In this document: piece by piece, positions 8,859 to 17,790 of the stretch | Layout of the letters: each line of letters opens with the position of its first letter | How positions within the stretch are numbered: position 1 is the stretch's first letter | NCBI GenBank assembly: GCA_017409905.1 | Contig: JAFQRV010000038.1 | Coordinates: 12,686-76,685, forward strand | Direction: 5' to 3' | Length of the DNA stretch: 64,000 bases | Source: Bacilli bacterium | Lineage (GTDB): Bacteria > Bacillota_I > Bacilli_A > ML615J-28 > CAG-313 | Program-made: the position numbers and the translations under genes | Notes under the pieces: model-generated | Seen by the model: only the letters and a program-made list of their open reading frames with translations | Database searches by the model: none | Told to the model about the DNA's origin: nothing

Positions 8859-10034
8859 ATGACGAAATTATTGTTAAAATTATTTATTAAAGATTATCGA
8901 AATATTAATGATTCTAAAGTCCGTGGAAAATATGGAATACTATCAGGAATTGTAGGTATTGTCTTAAATATTATTCTTTGTACTTTTAAAATTCTTGCTG
9001 GTTTAGTAAGTGGTAGTTTATCAATTATGGCAGATGGAATTAATAATTTATCAGATGCCGGATCTAGTGTAGTGACAATGGTTGGCTTTAAATTGTCAAC
9101 TCTTCCACCTGATGAAGAACACCCATTTGGTCATGAAAGAATAGAATATATTAGCGGTATGATCGTTGCATTAATTATTATTTTAATTGGTGGAACGCTA
9201 TTTAAATCTTCAATTGAAAAAATCATTGAACCAACAGCTGTTGAAACTAATACATTTGTATATATTATATTAGGTGTATCTATTTTATTTAAATTATGGC
9301 ATGGTCTTTTTAATCGTAAGCTCGGTAAAACAATTAATTCGACAACTTTACTTGCGACATCACAAGATAGCTTAAATGATGTAATTTCAACTGGAGTAGT
9401 ATTAGTAGGGGTAATTGTAAACGCGCTAACTAGTTTAAATATTGATGGTTATCTAGGATTATTAGTTTCAATCTTTATTTTAAAATCTGGTATAGATTTG
9501 GTAAAAGAAGCAACTAAGCCATTAATAGGTGTAGCTCCTTCAAAAGAAGAAATTGATGAAATAAGTCATAAGATTTTAGCTTATGAATGCGTATTAGGTA
9601 TACATGACTTAGTTTTTCATAGTTATGGTCCAAATAAAAAATTTATTACTGTACATGTTGAAGTAGATTCAAGACAAGATATTATGGCAACCCATGATAT
9701 GATTGATAATATCGAAAAAGATTTTAAGAATGATTTAAATATTGATTTAGTAATTCACATGGATCCAGTAGATATTTATGATGAAAACACACAAAATTTA
9801 AAACAATTAGTTCAAGAAATAGTTGCTGATTATGATGAAAGCTTTAGCATCCATGATTTTAGAATTGTCAGTGGACCAACACACACAAACTTAGTGTTTG
9901 ATGTGGTAATTCCTGTTAAGTATCATTTAAAACCAGCAGTTGTGAAGAGTGAAATTAAACAATTAATTGCGCTAAAAGATGAAAAATTAAATGCGGTTAT
10001 TACTATTGATCAAATGTATGATCGTAACAACTAA
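8859..10034 (+). CDS. cation diffusion facilitator (CDF) family metal efflux transporter
   Basis: N-terminal TM bundle with SLSIMADGINNLSDAGSS and HPFGHERIEY motifs typical of CDF. C-terminal cytoplasmic domain (HDLVFHSYGPNKKFITVHVEV). AAGGTGA RBS. Confidence 0.9.
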   Translation: MTKLLLKLFIKDYRNINDSKVRGKYGILSGIVGIVLNIILCTFKILAGLVSGSLSIMADGINNLSDAGSSVVTMVGFKLSTLPPDEEHPFGHERIEYISGMIVALIIILIGGTLFKSSIEKIIEPTAVETNTFVYIILGVSILFKLWHGLFNRKLGKTINSTTLLATSQDSLNDVISTGVVLVGVIVNALTSLNIDGYLGLLVSIFILKSGIDLVKEATKPLIGVAPSKEEIDEISHKILAYECVLGIHDLVFHSYGPNKKFITVHVEVDSRQDIMATHDMIDNIEKDFKNDLNIDLVIHMDPVDIYDENTQNLKQLVQEIVADYDESFSIHDFRIVSGPTHTNLVFDVVIPVKYHLKPAVVKSEIKQLIALKDEKLNAVITIDQMYDRNN

Positions 10035-10044
10035 CTCATAATAC

Positions 10045-10073
10045 TTGCATAAATTGTTATTATTTGATATAAT
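10045..10073 (+). promoter_or_regulatory. sigma-A-type extended -10 promoter (HNH-like/rsmD/coaD unit)
   Basis: TTGCAT, 17-nt spacer ending TGa, TATAAT (10068-73). Confidence 0.6.
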
Positions 10074-10102
10074 TTATTGAATTTAAAAGAAAGAGGTATC
10101 CT

Positions 10103-10429
10103 ATGGATAAAAAAGAAGCATTACTTGTTTGGGAACATGAATTTGGAAGTTTAGAATATGCTTATGATATTACTGGCCGTAAAATAAAGCGTGATGATTA
10201 TATGGTTGCTAATCAAGTTGGCTGGGTTGTTGCTTATATGCGCCCTTTAAGTCAAGGTGGTAAAATAGATGATGGTAATACGATTATTCTTCATCATCAT
10301 ACTGCTTATGAAAAAGGTGATAATTATCCAATATTTACAGTAGATTGTGTTGAATATTCAATTCAATATGATGAGTCTGATGATTTTTATTATATTGAAA
10401 AAACAAACCATAGGGTTGATGAGATATAA
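10103..10429 (+). CDS. small HNH-nuclease-like protein with degenerate catalytic motif
   Basis: 108 aa. The pattern W-x-x-EFG...YAYD-x-x-GRKIKRDDY...GWVVAYMRPLSQGG...GNTIILHHHTAYEKGDNYP resembles small HNH proteins (GW-x-x-DH-x-x-P...GG...N...N-x-x-K), but the DH position reads AY. AGAGG RBS. Translationally close to rsmD. Confidence 0.45.
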   Translation: MDKKEALLVWEHEFGSLEYAYDITGRKIKRDDYMVANQVGWVVAYMRPLSQGGKIDDGNTIILHHHTAYEKGDNYPIFTVDCVEYSIQYDESDDFYYIEKTNHRVDEI

Positions 10430-10432
10430 AAT

Positions 10433-10981
10433 ATGCGAATAATAGCAGGAATTAATCGAGGAAGAAAGTTAGAAACTTTAGAAGGTCTATCAACTAGACC
10501 AACTTTAGATGGAACAAAAGAAGCAATATTTTCTAGTCTTGGTGGAATGCTTCCGGGGTTTACTATTTTAGATGTATTTGGTGGCAGTGGTGCATTAAGT
10601 TTAGAATCTATTAGTAGAGGTGCGAAAAAAGCTTATATTTTAGATAATAATCTAGATGCTATTAACATAATCAAAAAGAACGCTCAAAATCTTAATTCAA
10701 TGAAAGAATTAACTGTTCTTTATGGTGATTATAAACAAATTATAAAAAGATTTGATAATTCGAATATGTTTGATATTATCTTTTTAGATCCACCATTTAG
10801 ACTAAAAGTTATCGATGAATTAATTATTTATATTATTGAAAATGACTTACTAGCAGATGGTGGATATATAGTGGCTGAATATCCAAAAGAAGATGTAGTT
10901 CAAAAAGATTATGAAGGGTACAAAGTTAAACTTTGTCGAAGATATTCAAGTAGTGAAGTTTTAATACTAGAAAAGGAGTAA
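10433..10981 (+). CDS. rsmD: 16S rRNA (guanine966-N2)-methyltransferase RsmD
   Basis: MRIIAG...RKL...TRPT start, SAM motif LDVFGGSGALSLE, catalytic DPPF. Conserved rsmD-coaD pairing as in Bacillus ylbH-ylbI. Confidence 0.92.
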   Translation: MRIIAGINRGRKLETLEGLSTRPTLDGTKEAIFSSLGGMLPGFTILDVFGGSGALSLESISRGAKKAYILDNNLDAINIIKKNAQNLNSMKELTVLYGDYKQIIKRFDNSNMFDIIFLDPPFRLKVIDELIIYIIENDLLADGGYIVAEYPKEDVVQKDYEGYKVKLCRRYSSSEVLILEKE

Positions 10982-10983
10982 CT

Positions 10984-11463
10984 ATGCGTATTGGTGTATA
11001 TCCTGGTACATTTGATCCAATTACTAATGGTCATTTAGACATTATAAAAAGAGCCGCAAAACTCTTTGATAAAGTGATTGTGGTTGTGCCAATTAATATG
11101 AACAAGAAAACAATGTTTTCAGTTGAAGAAAGAATGGAATTGATTAAAGAATCAGTTCAAGATATTCCAAATATTGAAGTAGATAAAACTTCATTATTAA
11201 CTGTTGATTATGCGAAAAAAGTAAATGCAACAGCAATTATTAGGGGTTTAAGAATGGTCAGTGATTTTGAATATGAACTTCAAATGGCCGCAATCAATAA
11301 ATCATTAGATAAAAATGTTGAAACTATCTTTATCATGAGTAGTCATGAATATTCATTCTTATCTAGTAGTAGTGTTAAAGAATTAGTAGGTTTTAATGGC
11401 AATATTTCAGAGTTTGTCCCTGAAGTTGTAAAAGAAGCTTTATATAAAAAATATCAAAAATAA
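10984..11463 (+). CDS. coaD: phosphopantetheine adenylyltransferase
   Basis: N-terminus GVYPGTFDPITNGHLDII (T/HxGH nucleotidyltransferase motif), 159 aa, AAGGAG RBS. Confidence 0.95.
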   Translation: MRIGVYPGTFDPITNGHLDIIKRAAKLFDKVIVVVPINMNKKTMFSVEERMELIKESVQDIPNIEVDKTSLLTVDYAKKVNATAIIRGLRMVSDFEYELQMAAINKSLDKNVETIFIMSSHEYSFLSSSSVKELVGFNGNISEFVPEVVKEALYKKYQK

Positions 11464-12318
11464 TAGCATGTTTAAAACTAACTGATAAACTTTACTTTTT
11501 AGAAAACAATTAATTAAGTGTCTAGAATTAGACACTTTTTTTATTTCATTTATTGCTTGTAGACAAATTGTTATGCCATTAGTTGATAATAATATAATAA
11601 TTAAAAAGATATTGATAAGAAGAGAAAAATTTAACTTGTTTATAAATAGTATTCCCGAGGTTATTTCTAAAAAGGAAAAAGAAATTTGAATTAGTTTGTT
11701 ATCTATCAAAGAAATTGGAAGTTTTAAAAAGTTGATAAATAAAAGTATAATAAAAATACTATATACCATTTGAAAAGAATTAGTTAATAGTTTTAAAAAA
11801 TCTAATTTATTTTTATATGTAAAACTTGAAATTGTTTTTTTCTTATTTGTTATAAGAATTATATAGTTGATTAGAATATTGGTGATAATAAAATAGAAAG
11901 TTATTAATAGATTAAAATGAAATAATTTGCAGATAGTAATGATAAATAAAGGATTCATAAAAGAACTTGATTTTATTAAGATTATAAGATCTGATTTGCT
12001 AATTTCTTCATTTTTGTAACTATTTATTACATTAATAACAGATGAAGGACTACCAACTAAAATATTAGTTAAAAAGAGCGTAATACTTTTAGAACTATCA
12101 AAAACTCTAAATAAGAATTTTAATTTATTAGTTAGCTTATTAAATAAAACATTATTTATTAAGATATTTGAAATAACATACATTGGTAAAATTGAAGGTA
12201 ATAAAATTTTTAAAAAAGTATTAATAGTATCAATAGTTGCTTCTTTAATTAAATTAGGATATAAAAAACAAAAGATTAAATAAAAAATTGCAATTAAAAA
12301 TGAAAAAAAGTAACTCAT
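11440..12318 (-). CDS. ylbJ: YlbJ-family integral membrane protein (nucleoside-recognition/Gate-domain, sporulation-associated in Bacillus)
   Basis: 292 aa, highly hydrophobic. PNLIKEATIDTINTFLKILLPSILPMYVISNILI and LVGSPSS match my recollection of YlbJ motifs (PSLLPFFI..SELLI, GNPAGA). Convergent to coaD exactly as ylbJ is in B. subtilis. AGGTG RBS. The 3' end overlaps coaD by 24 nt. Confidence 0.65.
   Translation of the reverse strand: MSYFFSFLIAIFYLIFCFLYPNLIKEATIDTINTFLKILLPSILPMYVISNILINNVLFNKLTNKLKFLFRVFDSSKSITLFLTNILVGSPSSVINVINSYKNEEISKSDLIILIKSSSFMNPLFIITICKLFHFNLLITFYFIITNILINYIILITNKKKTISSFTYKNKLDFLKLLTNSFQMVYSIFIILLFINFLKLPISLIDNKLIQISFSFLEITSGILFINKLNFSLLINIFLIIILLSTNGITICLQAINEIKKVSNSRHLINCFLKSKVYQLVLNMLLFLIFFI
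11516..11542 (+). terminator. intrinsic terminator of rsmD-coaD unit (embedded in 3' end of convergent ylbJ-like ORF)
   Basis: AAGUGUCUA-GAAU-UAGACACUU followed by U-run. Confidence 0.8.
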
Positions 12319-12358
12319 AACACACCTATTAAAAAGTATGCAAGGTTACTAGAATTTA

Positions 12359-13054
12359 TCACGAAATTAAAAGTGTTGCACCTGGGTATATTGTATTTGA
12401 TGTTAAATTATTATTATTTTTGATTTTATCAATTGTAGTATTAAATTTTGTTGCGATAGAATATAATGAATCATTAGGTTTAACAATATAGGTAATTTCT
12501 TTAGGTGGTGTGTAAGGTAGTTGATAGTAATTAGTTATAGCTTTAACAACAGCTTCCGCAAGGTTAGGCCATTCATAAAGTAATCGATAAGTATCTTCAT
12601 CATTATCCGCAAATCCGTATTCAATAATCATACTTTTATTTGGTATAGTATCTCGCATGATAAAGTAGTAATCACGTCCTAATCGATTAAGTCTTGTATA
12701 AACGTTACGAATAGTTACGCCAGTTTTAGCAAGTTCATTTGCAATCATGTTAGGTAGTTCGTTATCACTTTTAACTGAATATATTACTTCAGCTCCTTTT
12801 GAACCTCCATTATTGATATGATTTGAAATTAAAATATCGCTTTCTTTAGCTCCATTTTCTGCAATCCTTTTAGTTCTATCTTTTGGGTTTAGTGTTTCAT
12901 CGTTTGATCTAACTAATATAGAAGGTATTCCTAATTCATCAAATCTTTTCTTTTGATAATCGGAGATCTTTTTAGTCAATTCTTTTTCTTTAAAATATGG
13001 ATTACTTCCACCACCAGGATCAAATCCACCATGACCTGCATCAATTATAATCAT
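12359..13054 (-). CDS. N-acetylmuramoyl-L-alanine amidase (Amidase_3) with C-terminal LysM domain, no signal peptide
   Basis: Starts directly with MIIIDAGHGGFDPGG (Zn-amidase motif) and contains ISNHINNGG...EVIY. The C-terminal YIVKPNDSLYSIATKFNTTIDKIKNNNNLTSNTIYPGATLLI is a LysM. GAGGTGA RBS. There is no N-terminal hydrophobic segment. Confidence 0.9.
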   Translation of the reverse strand: MIIIDAGHGGFDPGGGSNPYFKEKELTKKISDYQKKRFDELGIPSILVRSNDETLNPKDRTKRIAENGAKESDILISNHINNGGSKGAEVIYSVKSDNELPNMIANELAKTGVTIRNVYTRLNRLGRDYYFIMRDTIPNKSMIIEYGFADNDEDTYRLLYEWPNLAEAVVKAITNYYQLPYTPPKEITYIVKPNDSLYSIATKFNTTIDKIKNNNNLTSNTIYPGATLLIS

Positions 13055-13080
13055 TTTTTCACCTCATTTTATTATATGAA

Positions 13081-13113
13081 ATTAATAATAAAAAGTTCAG
13101 ATAACTGAACTTT
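13081..13113 (-). terminator. intrinsic terminator after the Tyr/Pro-rich micro-protein gene
   Basis: On the minus strand: AAAGUUCAG-UUAU-CUGAACUUU followed by UUUAUUAUU. Overlaps the stop codon by 2 nt. Confidence 0.7.
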
Positions 13114-13339
13114 ATTGATTGTAAATTGTTGTAGTATGGGTATATGGATAGTAATATGGCGTTGGATAATAACCTTGTGGTGGATACACAGGGTATGGAT
13201 AATATTGTGGATAGTATTGTTGATTATTACAACATTGCTTATTGTTAAACCAAAATGGCGCAGATAGAATGGCTGCTCCTGCTATAATAGGCAACCAAAA
13301 TCTTTCCCCATTTTTCCCTTTGACAAGTTGATATTGCAT
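13112..13339 (-). CDS. 75-aa single-TM micro-protein with Tyr/Pro/Gln-rich tail
   Basis: Strong AAGGAGG RBS and its own downstream hairpin terminator. One TM (WLPIIAGAAILSAPFWF), then CCNNQQYYPQYYPYPVYPPQGYYPTPYYYPY. Confidence 0.65.
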   Translation of the reverse strand: MQYQLVKGKNGERFWLPIIAGAAILSAPFWFNNKQCCNNQQYYPQYYPYPVYPPQGYYPTPYYYPYTHTTTIYNQ

Positions 13340-13578
13340 AATAAACCTCCTTTTTCTTCAATTTATTATATGTATTAATATAATATGTAACTAGGAAATA
13401 ATCATTAAGTATAAAATTAATTTAATAATGTAATATTAAATTATTTATTCGAAAAATTAGTTTTTTAATAAACTAAAAAAGTGAAAAAATCGTCTCGCAA
13501 ATTATTGGTTTAAATTGAAATTTGTTAAATTTAATAAAATGTAGTCGATTTATTATTCTTTTTCTTTTTTTAGTTTAG

Positions 13579-13607
13579 TTGATAAAATAATATTTTAATG
13601 GTATAAT
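13579..13607 (+). promoter_or_regulatory. sigma-A-type extended -10 promoter (glgBCDAP)
   Basis: TTGATA (13579-84), 17-nt spacer ending TGg, TATAAT (13602-07). Confidence 0.6.
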
Positions 13608-13633
13608 AAGAATCAGAAAAGGAAATTTTTACC

Positions 13634-15478
13634 ATGAATCAAGAACAAGGAATTTACTTATTTCATCAAGGTACTAATTATAATGCTTATAAGTTATTAG
13701 GCTCGCATATGGAAAATGATGGGGTTGTTTTTCGAGTGTGGGCTCCTAATGCGAAAAAGGTTGCGGTTGTTGGCGATTTTAATGGTTGGGATAGATATAA
13801 AAATGTGATGAAGAAAATTACTAATGAAGGGCTTTGGGAAGTTTTTGTTCCTAAAGTTCAAGAGTTTTCTTCATATAAGTATGCTATTTTAACAAAAAGT
13901 AATAGATATATTTTAAAATCTGATCCTTACGCATTTCACTCAGAACTTCGTCCAAATACAGCATCAAAAGTTTATAATTTAGATGGTTATCAATTTAATG
14001 ATAAAGTATGGATGAAAAAAAGAAAAAAACATCATTATTATAATAAACCATTAAATATTTATGAATTGAATTTAGCTTCATGGCGAACATATTCGGATGG
14101 AAATTTCTTTGACTATATTAAATTAGCTTATGAAATTAGTGATTATATTAAAAAAATGGGTTATACCCATATTGAAATAATGCCAATATCAGAATATCCA
14201 TATGATCCATCATGGGGTTATCAAGTTACGGGCTTTTATAGTATAACATCGAGATTTGGTACACCTAAACAATTTATGGAGTTTGTTGATATTATGCATC
14301 AAAATAATATTGGAGTAATTGTTGACTGGGTGCCAGGACATTTTTGTAAAGATCCACATGGATTAATCGATTTTGATGGGACTTTTCTTTATGAACCAAG
14401 TGATCCTCTTAAAAGAGAACATGCAGGTTGGGGAACAAGAACATTTGATTATGGGCGGTGTGAAATTCAAAGTTTCTTAGTATCTAATGCATTATATTTA
14501 TTACAAGAATATCATATTGATGGTTTAAGAGTTGACGCTGTGGCTTCAATGCTTTACTTAGATTATTGTAGAGAAGAAGGTAAATGGCGTAAAAACAATC
14601 TTGGAACAAATATTAATTTAGAAGCTGTAGCTTTTATTAAAAAATTAAATAAAGCTATCAGTGATTTAGATAGTGGTATATTGATGATTGCTGAAGAATC
14701 AACAACTTATCCAAATATAACAACATCTGTAGATTATGGCGGATTAGGATTTACTTATAAATGGAATATGGGTTGGATGAATGATACTTTAGCTTATATG
14801 AAAACTGACCCAATATTTAGACAATATGAACATAATAAAATTACTTTCCAATTAACTTATGCCTATTCAGAAAAGTTTATTTTACCACTTTCTCATGATG
14901 AGGTTGTTCATGGTAAGTTATCACTTGTTAATAAAATGGCTGGAGATTATTATCAAAAGTTTATGTCTCTTCAGACATATTTAATGTATATGATGAGTCA
15001 TCCAGGCAAAAAGCTTAACTTTATGGGAAATGAAATCGCTCAAATAATTGAATGGCGAGATGATAGGGAGATTGACTGGTTATTACTTCAATATCCACTT
15101 CATAGTGATTTTCAAAAGTTTGTGGCAGATTTGAATCATGTATATTTAAAAAATAAACCATTTTATGAATTAGATGATTCTTGGGAAGGTTTTAATTGGA
15201 TAATTGTTGACGATAATGGTCATAATACTTTTACTTATGAAAGAATTGACCAAAGTAATAAAAAGCTTATATCGGTATTAAATTTTTCATTTTGTGATTG
15301 GAATAGATACTCCTTTAATGTTGAAAATGGAAAATACAAAATAATTTTTGCTAGTAATGATACCAAATATGGAGGACAAAACAAATTGATTGGTAAAACG
15401 TTTGTTGTTACTGATGGTAGATTAGTATTTGATCTTCCAGCAAATTGTGGAATATATTTTAGAAAGGTAGAAAAGTAA
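13634..15478 (+). CDS. glgB: 1,4-alpha-glucan branching enzyme
   Basis: [22 protein letters not shown] (CBM48), GH13 catalytic motifs ([28 protein letters not shown]). First gene of the glgBCDAP order. Confidence 0.95.
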   Translation: MNQEQGIYLFHQGTNYNAYKLLGSHMENDGVVFRVWAPNAKKVAVVGDFNGWDRYKNVMKKITNEGLWEVFVPKVQEFSSYKYAILTKSNRYILKSDPYAFHSELRPNTASKVYNLDGYQFNDKVWMKKRKKHHYYNKPLNIYELNLASWRTYSDGNFFDYIKLAYEISDYIKKMGYTHIEIMPISEYPYDPSWGYQVTGFYSITSRFGTPKQFMEFVDIMHQNNIGVIVDWVPGHFCKDPHGLIDFDGTFLYEPSDPLKREHAGWGTRTFDYGRCEIQSFLVSNALYLLQEYHIDGLRVDAVASMLYLDYCREEGKWRKNNLGTNINLEAVAFIKKLNKAISDLDSGILMIAEESTTYPNITTSVDYGGLGFTYKWNMGWMNDTLAYMKTDPIFRQYEHNKITFQLTYAYSEKFILPLSHDEVVHGKLSLVNKMAGDYYQKFMSLQTYLMYMMSHPGKKLNFMGNEIAQIIEWRDDREIDWLLLQYPLHSDFQKFVADLNHVYLKNKPFYELDDSWEGFNWIIVDDNGHNTFTYERIDQSNKKLISVLNFSFCDWNRYSFNVENGKYKIIFASNDTKYGGQNKLIGKTFVVTDGRLVFDLPANCGIYFRKVEK

Positions 15479-16668
15479 TGCAAAAAAATAAAAAATGTAT
15501 AGCAATGCTACTTGCAGGTGGACAAGGAAGTCGTCTTTTAGCATTAACAACAAAAGTTGCAAAACCTGCTGTTTCATTTGGTGGAAAATATCGTATTATC
15601 GATTTCCCACTATCTAATTGTACAAATTCCAAAATAGATACAGTCGGTGTATTAACACAATATCAACCATTAATTTTAAATGATTATATTGGTAATGGTG
15701 CTCCATGGGATTTAGATAGAAACTATGGTGGTGTTCATATCTTACCTCCATATCAAGCTAAAGATAAAAGTGCTTGGTATTTAGGAACAGCAAATGCCAT
15801 TTATCAAAATATTGATTTTATTAAAAATTATCACTCAGATCATGTAATTATTTTATCAGGTGACCATATCTATAAAATGGATTATGCCGATATGCTAGAA
15901 TATCATATCGAAAGAAATGCTGATTGTACAATTGCAACATTAGAAGTTACATATGAAGAAGCAAGTCGTTTTGGTATTATGAATACAGATCCAGATATGA
16001 ATATCTTAGAGTTTGAAGAAAAACCAAAAGTTCCTAAAAATAATCAAGCATCAATGGGAATTTATATCTTTAAAACGGACAAACTAATAAAGTATTTAGA
16101 AGAAGATAATGAAGTAGTAGATTCTGCTCATGACTTCGGTAAAAATATTATTCCAAATATGTTAGATAATAAAGAACATATGGTTGCATATCCATTTAAA
16201 GGATATTGGAAAGACGTAGGAACTATTGAAAGCTTATGGATTGCGAATATGGATTTACTTGGTGATAATCCAAACTTTGACTTATATAATCCATACTGGA
16301 AAATCCATTCACGTATTTCTGGTGGAACTCCTCAATATCTTGGAGAAAACGCAAAAATTGAAAATTCTATTATTAGTGGTGGATGCCAAGTATTAGGTAA
16401 AGTTGTTAATAGTGTAATTGGATCAAATGTTATTATTGAAGAAGGAGCTATTGTGGAAAATAGTGTTGTATTCAATAATACTGTTATTAAGAAGAATGCT
16501 CATGTTGCATATGTTATTTTAGATGAAGATGTAGTAGTCGGTGAAAATGCTAAAGTAGGTGAAGTAGATGCAACAACTAAAGAAATTACGGTTATTGGTA
16601 GAGGCTATGAAGTTGAAGCTAATAAAGTAATTGGCAAAGCATTAAATATTGAAAGGGAGGTTAAATAA
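15478..16668 (+). CDS. glgC: glucose-1-phosphate adenylyltransferase
   Basis: [16 protein letters not shown]...[22 protein letters not shown]-terminal left-handed beta-helix repeats. Start overlaps the glgB stop (TAATG). Confidence 0.95.
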   Translation: MQKNKKCIAMLLAGGQGSRLLALTTKVAKPAVSFGGKYRIIDFPLSNCTNSKIDTVGVLTQYQPLILNDYIGNGAPWDLDRNYGGVHILPPYQAKDKSAWYLGTANAIYQNIDFIKNYHSDHVIILSGDHIYKMDYADMLEYHIERNADCTIATLEVTYEEASRFGIMNTDPDMNILEFEEKPKVPKNNQASMGIYIFKTDKLIKYLEEDNEVVDSAHDFGKNIIPNMLDNKEHMVAYPFKGYWKDVGTIESLWIANMDLLGDNPNFDLYNPYWKIHSRISGGTPQYLGENAKIENSIISGGCQVLGKVVNSVIGSNVIIEEGAIVENSVVFNNTVIKKNAHVAYVILDEDVVVGENAKVGEVDATTKEITVIGRGYEVEANKVIGKALNIEREVK

Positions 16669-17778
16669 ATGGGAGCTGCAGGAATTATTTTTTCAGATGG
16701 CAAATTTGGACAAATTGATGAATTAGTAAGAAAAAGAACTGAAGCATCTATTCCATTTGGAGGTAGATACCGTTTAGTTGACTTTGCTTTATCAAATATG
16801 GTAAATGCCGATATTACGCAAGTTGCGATTATTGCAAAACGTAATTATCAATCTTTAATGGACCACATTGGTAGTGGTAAGGACTGGGACTTATCAAGAA
16901 GAAATGGTGGTGTAGTAATCTTCCCACCATTTGGAAACTATAAAAGTGGTAATGTTTATGGAAACCAATTAGAAGCATTACAAGGTATTATTGGTTTTAT
17001 TACAAAATGTCCAGAAGAAAACATTATCTTAACAGAATGTGATAGTGTTAACACAATTGATTATACTGATGTCTTAAATCAACATGAAGACACTAATGCA
17101 GATATTACTTTAATTTATAAAGAATTAGAACCACAAGAGATTCATGAAGAATACTTAGTAGTAGATACTGATGAACATGGCCGTGTTAAAAAAGCTTCAA
17201 TGATTAAAGAAATTAACGGCGTTCAAAAAGCCGTTATTAATGCTTGGGTAATTAAAAGAAAATTACTTCAAACATTATTAAGTGAAGCTGCATCAAAAGG
17301 TGCTACATCTATTGAACAAGAGTTTATTATAAATAATATTTCTTCATTAAGAATCTTTGGTTATAACTATACAGGAGTATTTCTTGCGAATAACTCTATG
17401 GAACAATATTATGCAAATAATATGGCTTTATTAAATGAAGAAGTAAGAAAACAAGTATTAGAAGTATGTCCAATCTATACAAAGGTAAGAGATTCTGCAC
17501 CTACAAAGTATGGTAAAAATGCAGTTGTTAAAAATAGCTTTATTGCTGATGGATGTATAATTGAAGGTACTGTTGAAAATAGTATTTTATTCCGTGGTGT
17601 AAAAATTGGTAAAGATACAGTTGTTAGAAATTGTATTTTAATGCAAGACACAATGGTATTAGAAAATGTAAAATTAAATGCTGTTGTTACTGATAAGAAT
17701 GTAACAATTAGAAGTCATCAAGAATTATCTGGATGCGCTAAGTTACCTTATTATGTAGCAAAAAATATGATGATTTAA
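16669..17778 (+). CDS. glgD: glucose-1-phosphate adenylyltransferase regulatory subunit GlgD
   Basis: GlgC paralog lacking the GGxGxRL motif (GIIFSDGKFG...PFGGRYRLVDFALSN). Position between glgC and glgA as in Bacillus. GGGAGG RBS. Confidence 0.9.
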   Translation: MGAAGIIFSDGKFGQIDELVRKRTEASIPFGGRYRLVDFALSNMVNADITQVAIIAKRNYQSLMDHIGSGKDWDLSRRNGGVVIFPPFGNYKSGNVYGNQLEALQGIIGFITKCPEENIILTECDSVNTIDYTDVLNQHEDTNADITLIYKELEPQEIHEEYLVVDTDEHGRVKKASMIKEINGVQKAVINAWVIKRKLLQTLLSEAASKGATSIEQEFIINNISSLRIFGYNYTGVFLANNSMEQYYANNMALLNEEVRKQVLEVCPIYTKVRDSAPTKYGKNAVVKNSFIADGCIIEGTVENSILFRGVKIGKDTVVRNCILMQDTMVLENVKLNAVVTDKNVTIRSHQELSGCAKLPYYVAKNMMI

Positions 17779-17790
17779 GGAGAAAGTTTT

